A stretch of 35,344 nt of DNA from a virus (lineage: Duplodnaviria; Caudoviricetes), in the IMG/VR virus record IMGVR_UViG_3300020044_006715, positions 1 to 35,344 of that record; one strand, given 5' to 3'. Below the pieces are notes generated by a model, which was given only the letters and a program-made list of their open reading frames with translations, was not told where the DNA came from and did no database searches. Positions within the stretch are counted from its first letter, which is position 1. Each line of letters opens with the position of its first letter. Both the position numbers and the translations under genes were made by a program. Shown piece by piece: positions 17,632 to 26,158 of this stretch.

Positions 17632-19196
17632 TGGCTACAATAGATGAAATTTTAGGGCCTGAACCTAAGCGATCAATAGATGAAATACTTGGAGAGCCCG
17701 TTGAAACGCAACAGCGCAAAAAAACACTTTCTCAATCTAAATTTGACTTAGAGACAATTAAAGACGTTGCCAAGTCAGGTTTGACAGGGCTTTCGGAAGG
17801 TGTTGCAGGTCTGGTTGGATTGCCTGGCACCATTTCTGATGTCATGGACACCGGCCTGACCGCGCTCGCTAACAAGATAACCGGCGCAAATGTAGAATTA
17901 CCTAAATCGCCTGTTTCCGGCGAGGCCCTTAATCGAGGCATTTCAAATCTTGTCGGAGGCTATCATGAACCGCAGACCGTCGCGGGCGAATACTCTCGTA
18001 CCATGGGGCAGTTTGCGCCGGGAATGGTCATGGGGCCGCAGGGCCTTGTCCCGCGTCTCGCAAGTACGTTTATCCCCGCTGTGGCGTCAGAGGCTGCTGG
18101 GCAAGCCACTAAAGGAACAGCCGCCGAGCCAGCCGCGAGAGTTGCTGGGGCGCTTCTTGCTCCTGTTGGTGTTGGCCTTGTTAAGCGCACAGGCTCATCA
18201 TTAGCCAGAGCTTTGTCAGGCACGGCCCAGCCATCTGTTGTCGATGAGGTTGCCCCGACCATTGCTCAATATAAACAAGCTGGCGGAAACCTTTTTGACG
18301 AGGTTTTCCAAGACCCAAATAAGAACGTAATTATTTCCAAAGACGCGCTTTCGCGGCTGTCTAAGGAAGTAAAAAGAATTGCAACTGAATTTGGATATGA
18401 TCCGTCTGTCAACAAGACGGCAAAATCTGTTGTAACAAAAATAACAAAATTACCACAATCTAATTCTACGCTTGTCGGACTAGAAACAACCCGCAGATTA
18501 GCAGGAAATGTTGCAAAAAATTATGGGACATCTGACGGCGCTCTAAGCGGAAAAATTTCTCAAGCCATAACTGATTTTATGGATGATTTGGACGACGCAG
18601 ATATTGTTGGCGTTGCGGGTGCGGCTGACAAAACTGGCCCTGAAATTCTTAGGCAAGCCAGAGACGCTTGGCGCACAATGAAAAAGGCGACAACCATACA
18701 GAATGTAATTGATAACGCAGACATTACGGCTGGTGCTAATTACAGCCAGGCGGGAGCAGAACAAGCGTTACAACGTGGTTTTGCCAACTTAGCTAAAAAC
18801 GCTAAAAAAATGGCTCAATTTACGCCTGAAGAGCAGGGGGCGATTAAACTGGCCGCCAAGGGCTCTAATGTGCAGAACGCCATGAAGCTGCTAGGCAAGT
18901 TTGCCATTCGCGGCCCTGTGTCTGCTGGTGCCACTACTGTTTTAGGCCATCTTATGGGGCCTGCAGGCCCGTATGTTTTGGCGGGCATGGGCGAAGCTGC
19001 CAAGAGGGGCGCTGCTTCTGGCACCCAAGCAAACGTGGAAGCCCTTTCTGCCCTTGTGCGCGGCGGTCCTAGCTCTGCTCAAAAATTACAAGCAATGAGA
19101 ACTGCGAAAATGCTTGAGGCATTAAAGGCTTATGGCCCTGCTGCTGGCGGTGCAATAGGTTATGCTGCAACACCAGCTTTGGCGGCAGAAGAGTAA
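17631..19196 (+). CDS. Internal virion / DNA ejection protein
   Basis: TAATG coupling (start moved to 17631); duplicated IDEILG N-terminus; EPQTVAGEY motif; hydrophobic Gly/Ala helices. Confidence 0.7.
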   Translation: MATIDEILGPEPKRSIDEILGEPVETQQRKKTLSQSKFDLETIKDVAKSGLTGLSEGVAGLVGLPGTISDVMDTGLTALANKITGANVELPKSPVSGEALNRGISNLVGGYHEPQTVAGEYSRTMGQFAPGMVMGPQGLVPRLASTFIPAVASEAAGQATKGTAAEPAARVAGALLAPVGVGLVKRTGSSLARALSGTAQPSVVDEVAPTIAQYKQAGGNLFDEVFQDPNKNVIISKDALSRLSKEVKRIATEFGYDPSVNKTAKSVVTKITKLPQSNSTLVGLETTRRLAGNVAKNYGTSDGALSGKISQAITDFMDDLDDADIVGVAGAADKTGPEILRQARDAWRTMKKATTIQNVIDNADITAGANYSQAGAEQALQRGFANLAKNAKKMAQFTPEEQGAIKLAAKGSNVQNAMKLLGKFAIRGPVSAGATTVLGHLMGPAGPYVLAGMGEAAKRGAASGTQANVEALSALVRGGPSSAQKLQAMRTAKMLEALKAYGPAAGGAIGYAATPALAAEE

Positions 19197-19242
19197 TTTT
19201 TTTAATTCGGCATATTTATGCCATAACGATGGAGTAGGCAAC

Positions 19243-20631
19243 TTGTCTTACAATGGCTCTGGCACCTTTAATATTAACACGGCAGGCCAGCCTGTCGTCA
19301 CTGGCACAGTCATTTCGTCCACGGCGTTCAATGCGCTGACGGCGGACTTGGCTACGGGCCTTAGCACGGCGATCACGAAGGACGGGCAGACCACTACCAC
19401 GGCCCGGATTGTCTTCGCGCAGGGCGTGAGTTCCACGCTTACCACTGATGCCACGAGCGCAACGACAGGCTCGATTATCACGGCGGGCGGCATTTCGATG
19501 CAGAAGGCCCTGTGGGTGGGCACGACGAGCAGGCACGTTGGCGCAGCTACGTTTGACGCGGCTATTACCTACGGCGGCGTCACCCTGTCCAATGCCGTCA
19601 CCGGCACGGGCAATATGGTGCTGAGTGCTAGCCCGACACTGACGGGGACGCTGACGGCTGCGGCGGCGAATTTCAGCGGTATTGTCAAAAGCACTGGCGG
19701 AACAGGTGGTGGCACCGCCGCCTGCTTTGTCGCGGATGCCGCAAACTCAGCTTATGGCTGGAAGACAAGCGGCGCTGGTTCAAACGCAAACATCTGGGAC
19801 AGCATAGTCACCAGCGCCAGCAGCACGTTGGCGTTCCGTATGGTCAACGACGCCGTTACTGACGCTACAAACTGGCTTTCTGTGACGCGGACAGGGTATA
19901 CATCCGCTGTCGTCACACTGCCGCAACCGATCAACTACGGCGGCGTGACGCTTTCCAACAGCGTGACCGGCACTGGCTCGATGGTTTTGTCCGCCAGCCC
20001 GACGCTGACAGGTACGCTGACGGCTGCGACAGCTAATTTTAGCGGTGCTGTTACTCAGTCCATTAATAATATGTCACGGTTATCTGTTATCAGCACTAAT
20101 AATGGATCAGAAGCCGCTTTCGTTTTCACTGGCAAAGATAGCGGCGGCGCTGCTAATTCGTTTAAATTGGGTCTTGGTATAACGGCAGATTCTGAAGCGA
20201 CGCTGTATGACGTAACCAATTCTGCAATTGTATTTAGGTATCTTCGCGGCGGTGCGTTTACCTTTACGCCGGGTTTGGTTCTTGGCGCTCCCACTGGGGG
20301 TAATAAGGGAGCAGGCACGGCAAACTTTGCAGGCGACATTTACAAGAACAACACCGCCTACACCAACCCGGACTATGTTCTGGAGCATTGGGCAACGGGT
20401 CAGATTGTCAAGTTTGCGGACAAAGAAGGCGCTGCGGAATATGACGGTTTAAAACCGCTTTCCGAGGTCAAGGCGTTTGCAAAAGAAAACCTGCACTTGC
20501 CGCGCTTCGGTCAGGCCGCAGGGCACGGCCTGTTCTCTGGCTCAGACGCGGTTCTGGCATCGCTTGAGGAAGCCTATTTGTATATTTTCCAGCTTGAAGC
20601 TCGCATTTCCGCACTAGAGGAGAACAACTAA
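19243..20631 (+). CDS. Tail fibre/spike with C-terminal chaperone-like domain
   Basis: TTG start after GGAG gives MSYNGSGTF...DLATGLSTAITKDGQ attachment domain; internal 37-aa duplication; PDYV...HLP...LEEAYLY C-terminus. Confidence 0.8.
   Translation: MSYNGSGTFNINTAGQPVVTGTVISSTAFNALTADLATGLSTAITKDGQTTTTARIVFAQGVSSTLTTDATSATTGSIITAGGISMQKALWVGTTSRHVGAATFDAAITYGGVTLSNAVTGTGNMVLSASPTLTGTLTAAAANFSGIVKSTGGTGGGTAACFVADAANSAYGWKTSGAGSNANIWDSIVTSASSTLAFRMVNDAVTDATNWLSVTRTGYTSAVVTLPQPINYGGVTLSNSVTGTGSMVLSASPTLTGTLTAATANFSGAVTQSINNMSRLSVISTNNGSEAAFVFTGKDSGGAANSFKLGLGITADSEATLYDVTNSAIVFRYLRGGAFTFTPGLVLGAPTGGNKGAGTANFAGDIYKNNTAYTNPDYVLEHWATGQIVKFADKEGAAEYDGLKPLSEVKAFAKENLHLPRFGQAAGHGLFSGSDAVLASLEEAYLYIFQLEARISALEENN
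19570..20046 (+). repeat. Two 111-bp copies (19570-19680 and 19936-20046) encoding 34/37 identical residues
   Basis: YGGVTLSNAVTGTGNMVLSASPTLTGTLTAAAANFSG vs YGGVTLSNSVTGTGSMVLSASPTLTGTLTAATANFSG. Confidence 0.9.
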
Positions 20632-20942
20632 TGACTAACACTTACACATGGCAAATTACGTCTATGCAGTGCTACCCAGAGCATGAAGGCGAAACTGACG
20701 TTGTATTTCTTGTCAGCTGGATATGCACGGCAAGCGACTATCAGACGCCGTCCAACACTGCCACCATTCCGGGCACTACGTCTGTCACTTATACGGCTGG
20801 CAACCCTTACACGCCTTACGCCGACCTCACGCAGGATCAGGTGCTGGGCTGGGTTTGGGGCGTAATTAACAAGGACGATATTCAAGCGTACCTTGACACG
20901 CAAATTAATGCTTTAACCCCGCCACTCCCTTGGAGTAAGTAA
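20631..20942 (+). CDS. Tail-fibre-associated protein
   Basis: TAATG coupling; YTW.I...C...DVV..V.W and PYADLTQDQVLGWV...PLPW motifs. Confidence 0.75.
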   Translation: MTNTYTWQITSMQCYPEHEGETDVVFLVSWICTASDYQTPSNTATIPGTTSVTYTAGNPYTPYADLTQDQVLGWVWGVINKDDIQAYLDTQINALTPPLPWSK

Positions 20943-21088
20943 TGACTCTCGAACTTAGCCTTGAGCAGATCAACGTCATCATGGCCGCGCTTGGCAATAT
21001 GCCATTCGTTCAGGTCGAAGGCGTGGTTAACGAAATCCGCAAGCAGGTTCAGCCGCAGCTTGCCCCGCAGCCGGAAGCCACAGCATGA
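20942..21088 (+). CDS. 48-aa hypothetical protein (not in ORF track)
   Basis: MTLELSLEQINVIMAALGNMPFVQVEGVVNEIRKQVQPQLAPQPEATA*; TAATG and ATGA overlaps; GGAG upstream. Confidence 0.75.
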   Translation: MTLELSLEQINVIMAALGNMPFVQVEGVVNEIRKQVQPQLAPQPEATA

Positions 21089-21267
21089 GCGAACCTTTGA
21101 GCGACGCGGAAATGAACGCCATTGCCGAACGCGCGGCAGACCGGGCTATTGAAAAGGTTTATGAGCAGATCGGCAAGTCTGTCGCTCAGAAGATTTACTG
21201 GTTCGTGGGCGTGGCTGCTTTAGGCATGATGATGCTTCTGGCCGGACATGGAGTAACCAAATCATGA
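21085..21267 (+). CDS. Small protein with C-terminal TM helix (possible lysis accessory)
   Basis: Coupled at both ends; hydrophobic IYWFVGVAALGMMMLLAG. Confidence 0.7.
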   Translation: MSEPLSDAEMNAIAERAADRAIEKVYEQIGKSVAQKIYWFVGVAALGMMMLLAGHGVTKS

Positions 21268-21617
21268 TTGAAGAGCTAGTTAGCCACGTTTTTGCGCTTC
21301 GCAATGCCGCGCATTTGTCGCATTGGGCGACCAAGTCCTACAGCGAGCATAAGGCGCTTGGTAAGCTGTACGATGACCTGATCGACAAGATTGACGCAAT
21401 CGTAGAGGCATATCAGGGCTATTATGGCCTGATTAACGAAGTACGCATTACCATGATCCCGAAGGGCAACATGGCAGACACGGTTCGCAACGAGCTGTCA
21501 TGGCTTGTTCAGAACCGCGATAAGATTGCCAAAAAGAATACTATGATAGAAAACCTGATTGACGATCTGATGCAGACATATTCGTCCACGCACTACAAGC
21601 TGGTTAACCTGAAGTAG
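21264..21617 (+). CDS. Dps/ferritin-like four-helix protein (DUF5856-like)
   Basis: HLSHW.TKSYSEHKALG.LYD.L....D..VEAYQG. Confidence 0.75.
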   Translation: MIEELVSHVFALRNAAHLSHWATKSYSEHKALGKLYDDLIDKIDAIVEAYQGYYGLINEVRITMIPKGNMADTVRNELSWLVQNRDKIAKKNTMIENLIDDLMQTYSSTHYKLVNLK

Positions 21618-21624
21618 GTGTCTC

Positions 21625-22038
21625 ATGGCGTTTGACCCCGTAAGTGCTGCATTTGACGTTGGTGGCAAGCTAATTGATAGGCTTTGGCCCGATCCGGCCC
21701 AAAGAGATGCTGCCAAATTGAAACTAATGGAGCTGCAGCAGTCTGGGGCCTTGGCCCAGCTTGCGGCTGAGACAGAGCTTCAGAAGGGGGCGGCTGAGAT
21801 CGTCAAGGCAGAGGCGGCCAGCGGGTCGTTTCTAGCGGCTAGCTGGCGGCCTATTACCATGCTGGTTTTCGTGGCCCTGATTACGGCCCGGTGGTTTGGC
21901 TTTGCTGCGCCTAACTTGCAGGAAGCTGAGTATCTTAAGCTATGGGACATCGTGCAGCTTGGCCTGGGTGGGTATGTGATCGGGCGGTCAGTCGAAAAGA
22001 TTGTGCCGTCCGTAGCTGACGCTTTGGGCAAGAAATGA
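21625..22038 (+). CDS. Holin (GTA 3TM-type)
   Basis: LIDRLWPDP, SWRP, LGLGGYVIGRSVEK motifs; upstream of endolysin. Confidence 0.8.
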   Translation: MAFDPVSAAFDVGGKLIDRLWPDPAQRDAAKLKLMELQQSGALAQLAAETELQKGAAEIVKAEAASGSFLAASWRPITMLVFVALITARWFGFAAPNLQEAEYLKLWDIVQLGLGGYVIGRSVEKIVPSVADALGKK

Positions 22039-22247
22039 CTCCCCCGCCCGTTGTCCCGTTGATCTACATGATCGTAGTCTGCACGTTGGCCCTAGTCCTG
22101 CTGGCGGTCATCATAGTCATGCTGGCCGGGTTGTTTGACCCTATCGTGGACAATGAGGCTATTTTCAAGATTTTAGGCCCCGCCTTCCAGACCGTAGTTG
22201 GCGTGTTCTGCGGTGTGCTAGGCAGCCGGGTAATGAACGAAAAATGA
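22035..22247 (+). CDS. Two-TM membrane protein in lysis cassette
   Basis: Hydrophobic helices, ATGA overlaps, IFKILGPAFQTVVG motif. Confidence 0.7.
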   Translation: MTPPPVVPLIYMIVVCTLALVLLAVIIVMLAGLFDPIVDNEAIFKILGPAFQTVVGVFCGVLGSRVMNEK

Positions 22248-22774
22248 AACAGACCTTTGAATACGCCATGCGCCTCCTGCTACGGCACGAAGGCGGCTTT
22301 GTAAACCACCCCAAAGACCCCGGCGGGATGACCAATCTGGGCGTTACAAAGGCCGTATGGGACGCCCACACGGGCAAGTCAGCGTCGGAGGCGGATATGC
22401 GCGCCCTGACGCAGGAGGCCGTCCAGCCTGTCTATAAAGCCCGCTATTGGGACGCCATCCACGGGGACGCCCTGCCGCATGGGGTGGACTATTGCCTGTT
22501 CGATTGCGCGGTCAATTCAGGGCTAGGGCGGGCGGTCAAGCTGGCCCAGTACGTCCTGCATCAGAAGGTCGATGGCAGCCTTGGCCCGAAGACCTTGGCG
22601 GCTATACAGGAGGCTGATCCTGTCGAGTTCATTGAGGACTACAGCCAGCGCCGCCTAGACTTCCTGAAATCCCTGCCGACCTGGGCCACGTTTGGCAAAG
22701 GCTGGGGCAAGCGCGTGGCTGAAGTCGAAATGGAAGCTAAGTCCTTCGCCCGGAATTCGGAGCCAATGGTCTAG
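22244..22774 (+). CDS. Endolysin, glycoside hydrolase family 108 with PG-binding domain
   Basis: HEGGFVNHPKDPGGMTNLGVT, FDCAVNSG, FGKGW..RV. Confidence 0.9.
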   Translation: MKQTFEYAMRLLLRHEGGFVNHPKDPGGMTNLGVTKAVWDAHTGKSASEADMRALTQEAVQPVYKARYWDAIHGDALPHGVDYCLFDCAVNSGLGRAVKLAQYVLHQKVDGSLGPKTLAAIQEADPVEFIEDYSQRRLDFLKSLPTWATFGKGWGKRVAEVEMEAKSFARNSEPMV

Positions 22775-23165
22775 GCGGCATATAGCACTTGGCCGCGTGG
22801 GCCTCACAGAATGAGTGCTTGAATTTGGGCAGACCACAGAAAACCGTTTCGCCTTCCTTGTCAACAGGATAACGGCAGTCGTTTTCCCTTAGCTCCATCA
22901 TTGGCACAAACCGCATACCTTCCAGCATGGTCGCGCCAGGCGCGGGCGCGGGCGGCTTAGGGGCGGGCTTTTCCTTGGGCTTGGGCGTAGGCTTGCGCTG
23001 CTTGATTACCGACTCAGCGGGCGGCTTGGAAATGCGTAGCCGCCTGGCCTTGCCAATAGCCGCGTTTTTGGTAATGCCCAGCTTTCTGGCTATTTCGCTA
23101 TAGCTAAGATTTTGCGCGGCCAGCTTGACCAGCTCGGCAATCTTACTTTTGGGCCATTCCATCAT
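22737..23165 (-). CDS. gcrA: GcrA-family cell-cycle regulator homologue
   Basis: W....L..L....LS.SEIA..LG.TKNA.IGKARRL HTH, Pro-rich linker, L....CRYP...FCG.P....FCEAH...CY. Confidence 0.85.
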   Translation of the reverse strand: MMEWPKSKIAELVKLAAQNLSYSEIARKLGITKNAAIGKARRLRISKPPAESVIKQRKPTPKPKEKPAPKPPAPAPGATMLEGMRFVPMMELRENDCRYPVDKEGETVFCGLPKFKHSFCEAHAAKCYMPPRPLAPNSGRRT

Positions 23166-23317
23166 GAATAGCTCCTGCTTTGGACGACCCGAACGGTGTC
23201 TAGGTCAACCTCAATATCCAGCAATTCATTAACAATAATCATAGCCCGTTCAAACGCGCCCGGCTCTGTGTCGTCGTACTCAACGTCAAAATCGATGCTA
23301 ACCCGTATGGTTTTCAT
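23162..23317 (-). CDS. 51-aa acidic hypothetical protein (not in ORF track)
   Basis: MKTIRVSIDFDVEYDDTEPGAFERAMIIVNELLDIEVDLDTVRVVQSRSYS*; ATGA overlaps at both ends. Confidence 0.7.
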   Translation of the reverse strand: MKTIRVSIDFDVEYDDTEPGAFERAMIIVNELLDIEVDLDTVRVVQSRSYS

Positions 23318-23781
23318 GTCTGCGACCCATATTTGGCTATCAGGGCCGCGTCAGACCGCCCATCGTCTTTTTTACGCTGAAATAGCTCGGCACTGGCCGG
23401 GAACAACTGCATGGCCCGCTCTCGGCTGCCGTCCTTGCCGTCCCTGACGTTCATAGCCTTCTGCCAGGCCTGGGGCGTGACTAGAGTGGTAGGTATGTCA
23501 AAGGCCGCCAGGACACCTTCTATGATGCCCGCAGAGCGTCCAAAGCTAAACACGCTGCTGACGCCTTGACCGGCCATTGCGTTGACCTTTTCCAAATAGG
23601 CCGCCCCGATATGGCGTTTAATGATAATGGCCGCCACAAGCTGCGGGCTAACCTCGCGCTTGAGCTTATTGTTGCGCTTGACCTCAACGGTAGGCATGTC
23701 CTCCACGGCGATCATGCCGGTCTTGGTGTCAAGGAACGCCAACGCGCCCGACAGGCCGGGGTCTATGCCAAGGATGATCAT
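23314..23781 (-). CDS. RuvC-like Holliday junction resolvase
   Basis: ILGIDPGLSGA, LEKV, FSFG, PQAWQK, DGRSDAALIA. Confidence 0.85.
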   Translation of the reverse strand: MIILGIDPGLSGALAFLDTKTGMIAVEDMPTVEVKRNNKLKREVSPQLVAAIIIKRHIGAAYLEKVNAMAGQGVSSVFSFGRSAGIIEGVLAAFDIPTTLVTPQAWQKAMNVRDGKDGSRERAMQLFPASAELFQRKKDDGRSDAALIAKYGSQT

Positions 23782-23790
23782 GTAGGCTCC

Positions 23791-24468
23791 CTATATAAAG
23801 GCTGTTTGTTTAAAAGGTTTCACAATTTCGTCCGTAAATAGGCGCGGCTGCTGGTGGGCCTGCTCGATCCGGCGGCAGGCTATATCGAAATAGGCTGTCT
23901 CTCTTTCGATGCCAACAAACGCCCTGCCGAGGTCCACAGCGGCCACTCCGGTCGTGCCGCTACCCATGAAGGGGTCTAGTATCGTTTGGGGCCCGGCGAG
24001 TTGCTGTATTGACCAGCGCATGACTTCGACCGGCTTCTGGGTAGGGTGTTCGGCCCCGTCCGTCATAAGCGCCACCCGGTTAAGCTCAAAGATGCGGAGC
24101 GCCCCCTGCGCGCTAGTCCATGCCAGTTCGCCGTCCGATTGTTTGATCCGCTGGCCTTTGTCCCAGACAAGCCATTTCCCGGTAGGGGGTAAAAGGTCCG
24201 CGAAATAGTTTCCACCCCAGATGACATGCTGATCCGCGCCGTCCAAGATCATGGCAAAGGTGCTGGCGTCCGGGCGCTCAGTATCCCAACCCATAAACTC
24301 GTAGCCCTTGCGCCCACCGTGCCCCCCGGTGGATTGCGCCTGGCCGTCCTTATTGATGCCATAGGGCGGATCGGTTACGAGCGCATCGAAGCGGGTGAGC
24401 GTCGGCATGACTTCCCGGCAGTCGCCAAGGTAGAGCGTAGCGTTTCCGATTGTCTCGATCCGGCTCAA
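23791..24468 (-). CDS. N6A/N4C DNA methyltransferase, beta-type motif order
   Basis: TDPPYG precedes HPTQKP and LDPFMGSGTTG; start moved to TTG 24468 (TTGA overlap). Confidence 0.9.
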   Translation of the reverse strand: MSRIETIGNATLYLGDCREVMPTLTRFDALVTDPPYGINKDGQAQSTGGHGGRKGYEFMGWDTERPDASTFAMILDGADQHVIWGGNYFADLLPPTGKWLVWDKGQRIKQSDGELAWTSAQGALRIFELNRVALMTDGAEHPTQKPVEVMRWSIQQLAGPQTILDPFMGSGTTGVAAVDLGRAFVGIERETAYFDIACRRIEQAHQQPRLFTDEIVKPFKQTAFI

Positions 24469-24626
24469 TGTGTTTTCCCGAACGTGATTATGATGGTAAG
24501 GCCCAGCGCACAGGACCAATATCCAGCCGCCCAAAGGTTCCCCGCGAACAGCCAGCGCGTGACCGCCAGCCCATACAGGGACATGATTGCGAAGTTGAAG
24601 ATGCGCGGGTCTAGCAGGTACGACAA
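24465..24626 (-). CDS. 53-aa two-TM membrane protein
   Basis: AAGGAG RBS then TTG; SYLLDPRIFNFAIMSLYGLAV...LTIIITFGKTH. Confidence 0.65.
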   Translation of the reverse strand: MSYLLDPRIFNFAIMSLYGLAVTRWLFAGNLWAAGYWSCALGLTIIITFGKTH

Positions 24627-24636
24627 GGTGGCTCCT

Positions 24637-24912
24637 TTATTTCTCAGTCTGTTTCGTAGAACATTCCAACGCGGCGTCACACATCGCCACCCACTCGCAC
24701 TCAATAATATCGTTGAGCAACGTCCCGCGCGTGTACCCGCCAGCCGGGTGCGCGCCTGATCCGGCGTCCAGCATTTCTGGGGTGCAGTCACGCATGGCGG
24801 CAATGGCGGCGCGGGCCATGATGGTCAGGTCCTCATCGCCGCCTTGCCAATCCGGTGAATATGCGCCGCAGTATTTGATAGCCATAGCCACCCGTTCGAT
24901 CATGTCGGTCAT
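24637..24912 (-). CDS. Hypothetical protein
   Basis: GAGGAG RBS; MIERVA.AI...ARAAIAAMR..TPEM..AG...W.AM.DAAL phage motif. Confidence 0.75.
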   Translation of the reverse strand: MTDMIERVAMAIKYCGAYSPDWQGGDEDLTIMARAAIAAMRDCTPEMLDAGSGAHPAGGYTRGTLLNDIIECEWVAMCDAALECSTKQTEK

Positions 24913-25130
24913 TTTGGCTCCTCATGTCCTAGCACTAAATTAAGCAAACGATCAGACCATATGCGCCGCATGGCATTACGCGACATGCCGCGTTGAGCAT
25001 TGTACCGAATTAACTCAACGGACTTGGCATGATGGTAAATGTAAAGGCGGTCATCATGGCGATGCTGTATTTCAAGGGCCACGTTTTGAATTTTGGTATC
25101 TTCCTTTGAATCATATCGGCTGTAGTGCAT
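24909..25130 (-). CDS. Hypothetical protein
   Basis: Fills the operon, ATGA overlap downstream. Confidence 0.65.
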   Translation of the reverse strand: MHYSRYDSKEDTKIQNVALEIQHRHDDRLYIYHHAKSVELIRYNAQRGMSRNAMRRIWSDRLLNLVLGHEEPK

Positions 25131-25132
25131 GG

Positions 25133-26158
25133 CTAGTTCCCAAATGGAATATCGTCGTTAAATCCCTCAAGGTTGCTAACGTCTTCCTTGCGCTCAGATT
25201 TTTTGCGCCCGCGCTTGACAATCTCTTTGCTTGTCACATGCGCGGGGCCGTTTTTGACAGTCTCGTTAGTGCCTTCAATAAAATACTCAACGAAATTGCG
25301 TTCGCCGTCTATAGGCGTTCCGTGCATCAGCGCCGGAATGAATATATGGCTGTCACAGCCCTTGCGCTGATCCTCTACAGACAGAACCTTGTCATACTCA
25401 TGGCAATGCCACTTGCCGCCGTCTATCGGCGTGGAATGGCAGCATGTCCTGCAATTGACTTCCGCAGGCTCGCCCTGGTGGCATAGCTTATACATGTCGC
25501 ACATTTTGCACTGCCAATTAGACGGGTCTTGGCTAATCTTGTCGGCAGGCGTCGAACGCTTGATCGTCCGCTGGGCGCGGTGAAGCAAGTCGCCAAACAC
25601 TTCCTTATTGTAATGCACCCATTCGGTATGCAGATCGTCCGTATCCTTGTTGACGCAAATGTACAGCGCCCGGTCCAGCTTCATTAGCCCCATGTACGTC
25701 TGCATCTGGGCATAATGCTGCGGCTTCTCCGTCTCAACGCCCTTGGCCTTGAGCGCGGTAAATGCCTTGTTGTTGGATGTCTTTATTTCGAGGACGGCCC
25801 AGGTTTTGGGCGCTTCCGGGAAGCCCAAACCAATGCCGTCAATGCTACCGCCAAAATGGCCGGTATCGTCACGACAAGAGATTTGCTTACCGTTTTCCTC
25901 GGTGTGTAATTCCACCCCGATGGCTCGTAATTCATCATAAATGCGCCCCTCCTCGCGCTTGCCACTATCGAACAACCGCAGGATGCGCCCCTCAAATTGA
26001 GGGGACGCAGCCCAGCGGAATGTCAGCCATAAAAACCGATCACAATGATGCCCGATCAATGACGCGCCAAGATGCTCGCGGTGGCCTTCTTGTTTGCTTT
26101 CGTACCACTCATAAATTTTGCGAGCCGTGGTGTGCATGGACGCGGGCAGCGGGGGCAT
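25133..26158 (-). CDS. PD-(D/E)XK exonuclease, Cas4/AddB-like
   Basis: LGASLIGHHCDR, GSIDG, LEIKT, HYAQMQTYM, CKMC.....C plus extra Cys cluster. Confidence 0.85.
   Translation of the reverse strand: MPPLPASMHTTARKIYEWYESKQEGHREHLGASLIGHHCDRFLWLTFRWAASPQFEGRILRLFDSGKREEGRIYDELRAIGVELHTEENGKQISCRDDTGHFGGSIDGIGLGFPEAPKTWAVLEIKTSNNKAFTALKAKGVETEKPQHYAQMQTYMGLMKLDRALYICVNKDTDDLHTEWVHYNKEVFGDLLHRAQRTIKRSTPADKISQDPSNWQCKMCDMYKLCHQGEPAEVNCRTCCHSTPIDGGKWHCHEYDKVLSVEDQRKGCDSHIFIPALMHGTPIDGERNFVEYFIEGTNETVKNGPAHVTSKEIVKRGRKKSERKEDVSNLEGFNDDIPFGN

Noticed and set aside
19570-20046. Diversity-generating retroelement TR/VR pair
   Set aside because: Differences are mostly synonymous, not adenine-specific; no reverse transcriptase
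23791-24468. Calling the methyltransferase CcrM
   Set aside because: Lacks the CcrM-length C-terminal domain and DPPYNL context; specificity cannot be read from sequence
25133-26158. CRISPR-associated Cas4
   Set aside because: Sits in a Sak4/SSB recombination module; no cas genes or array
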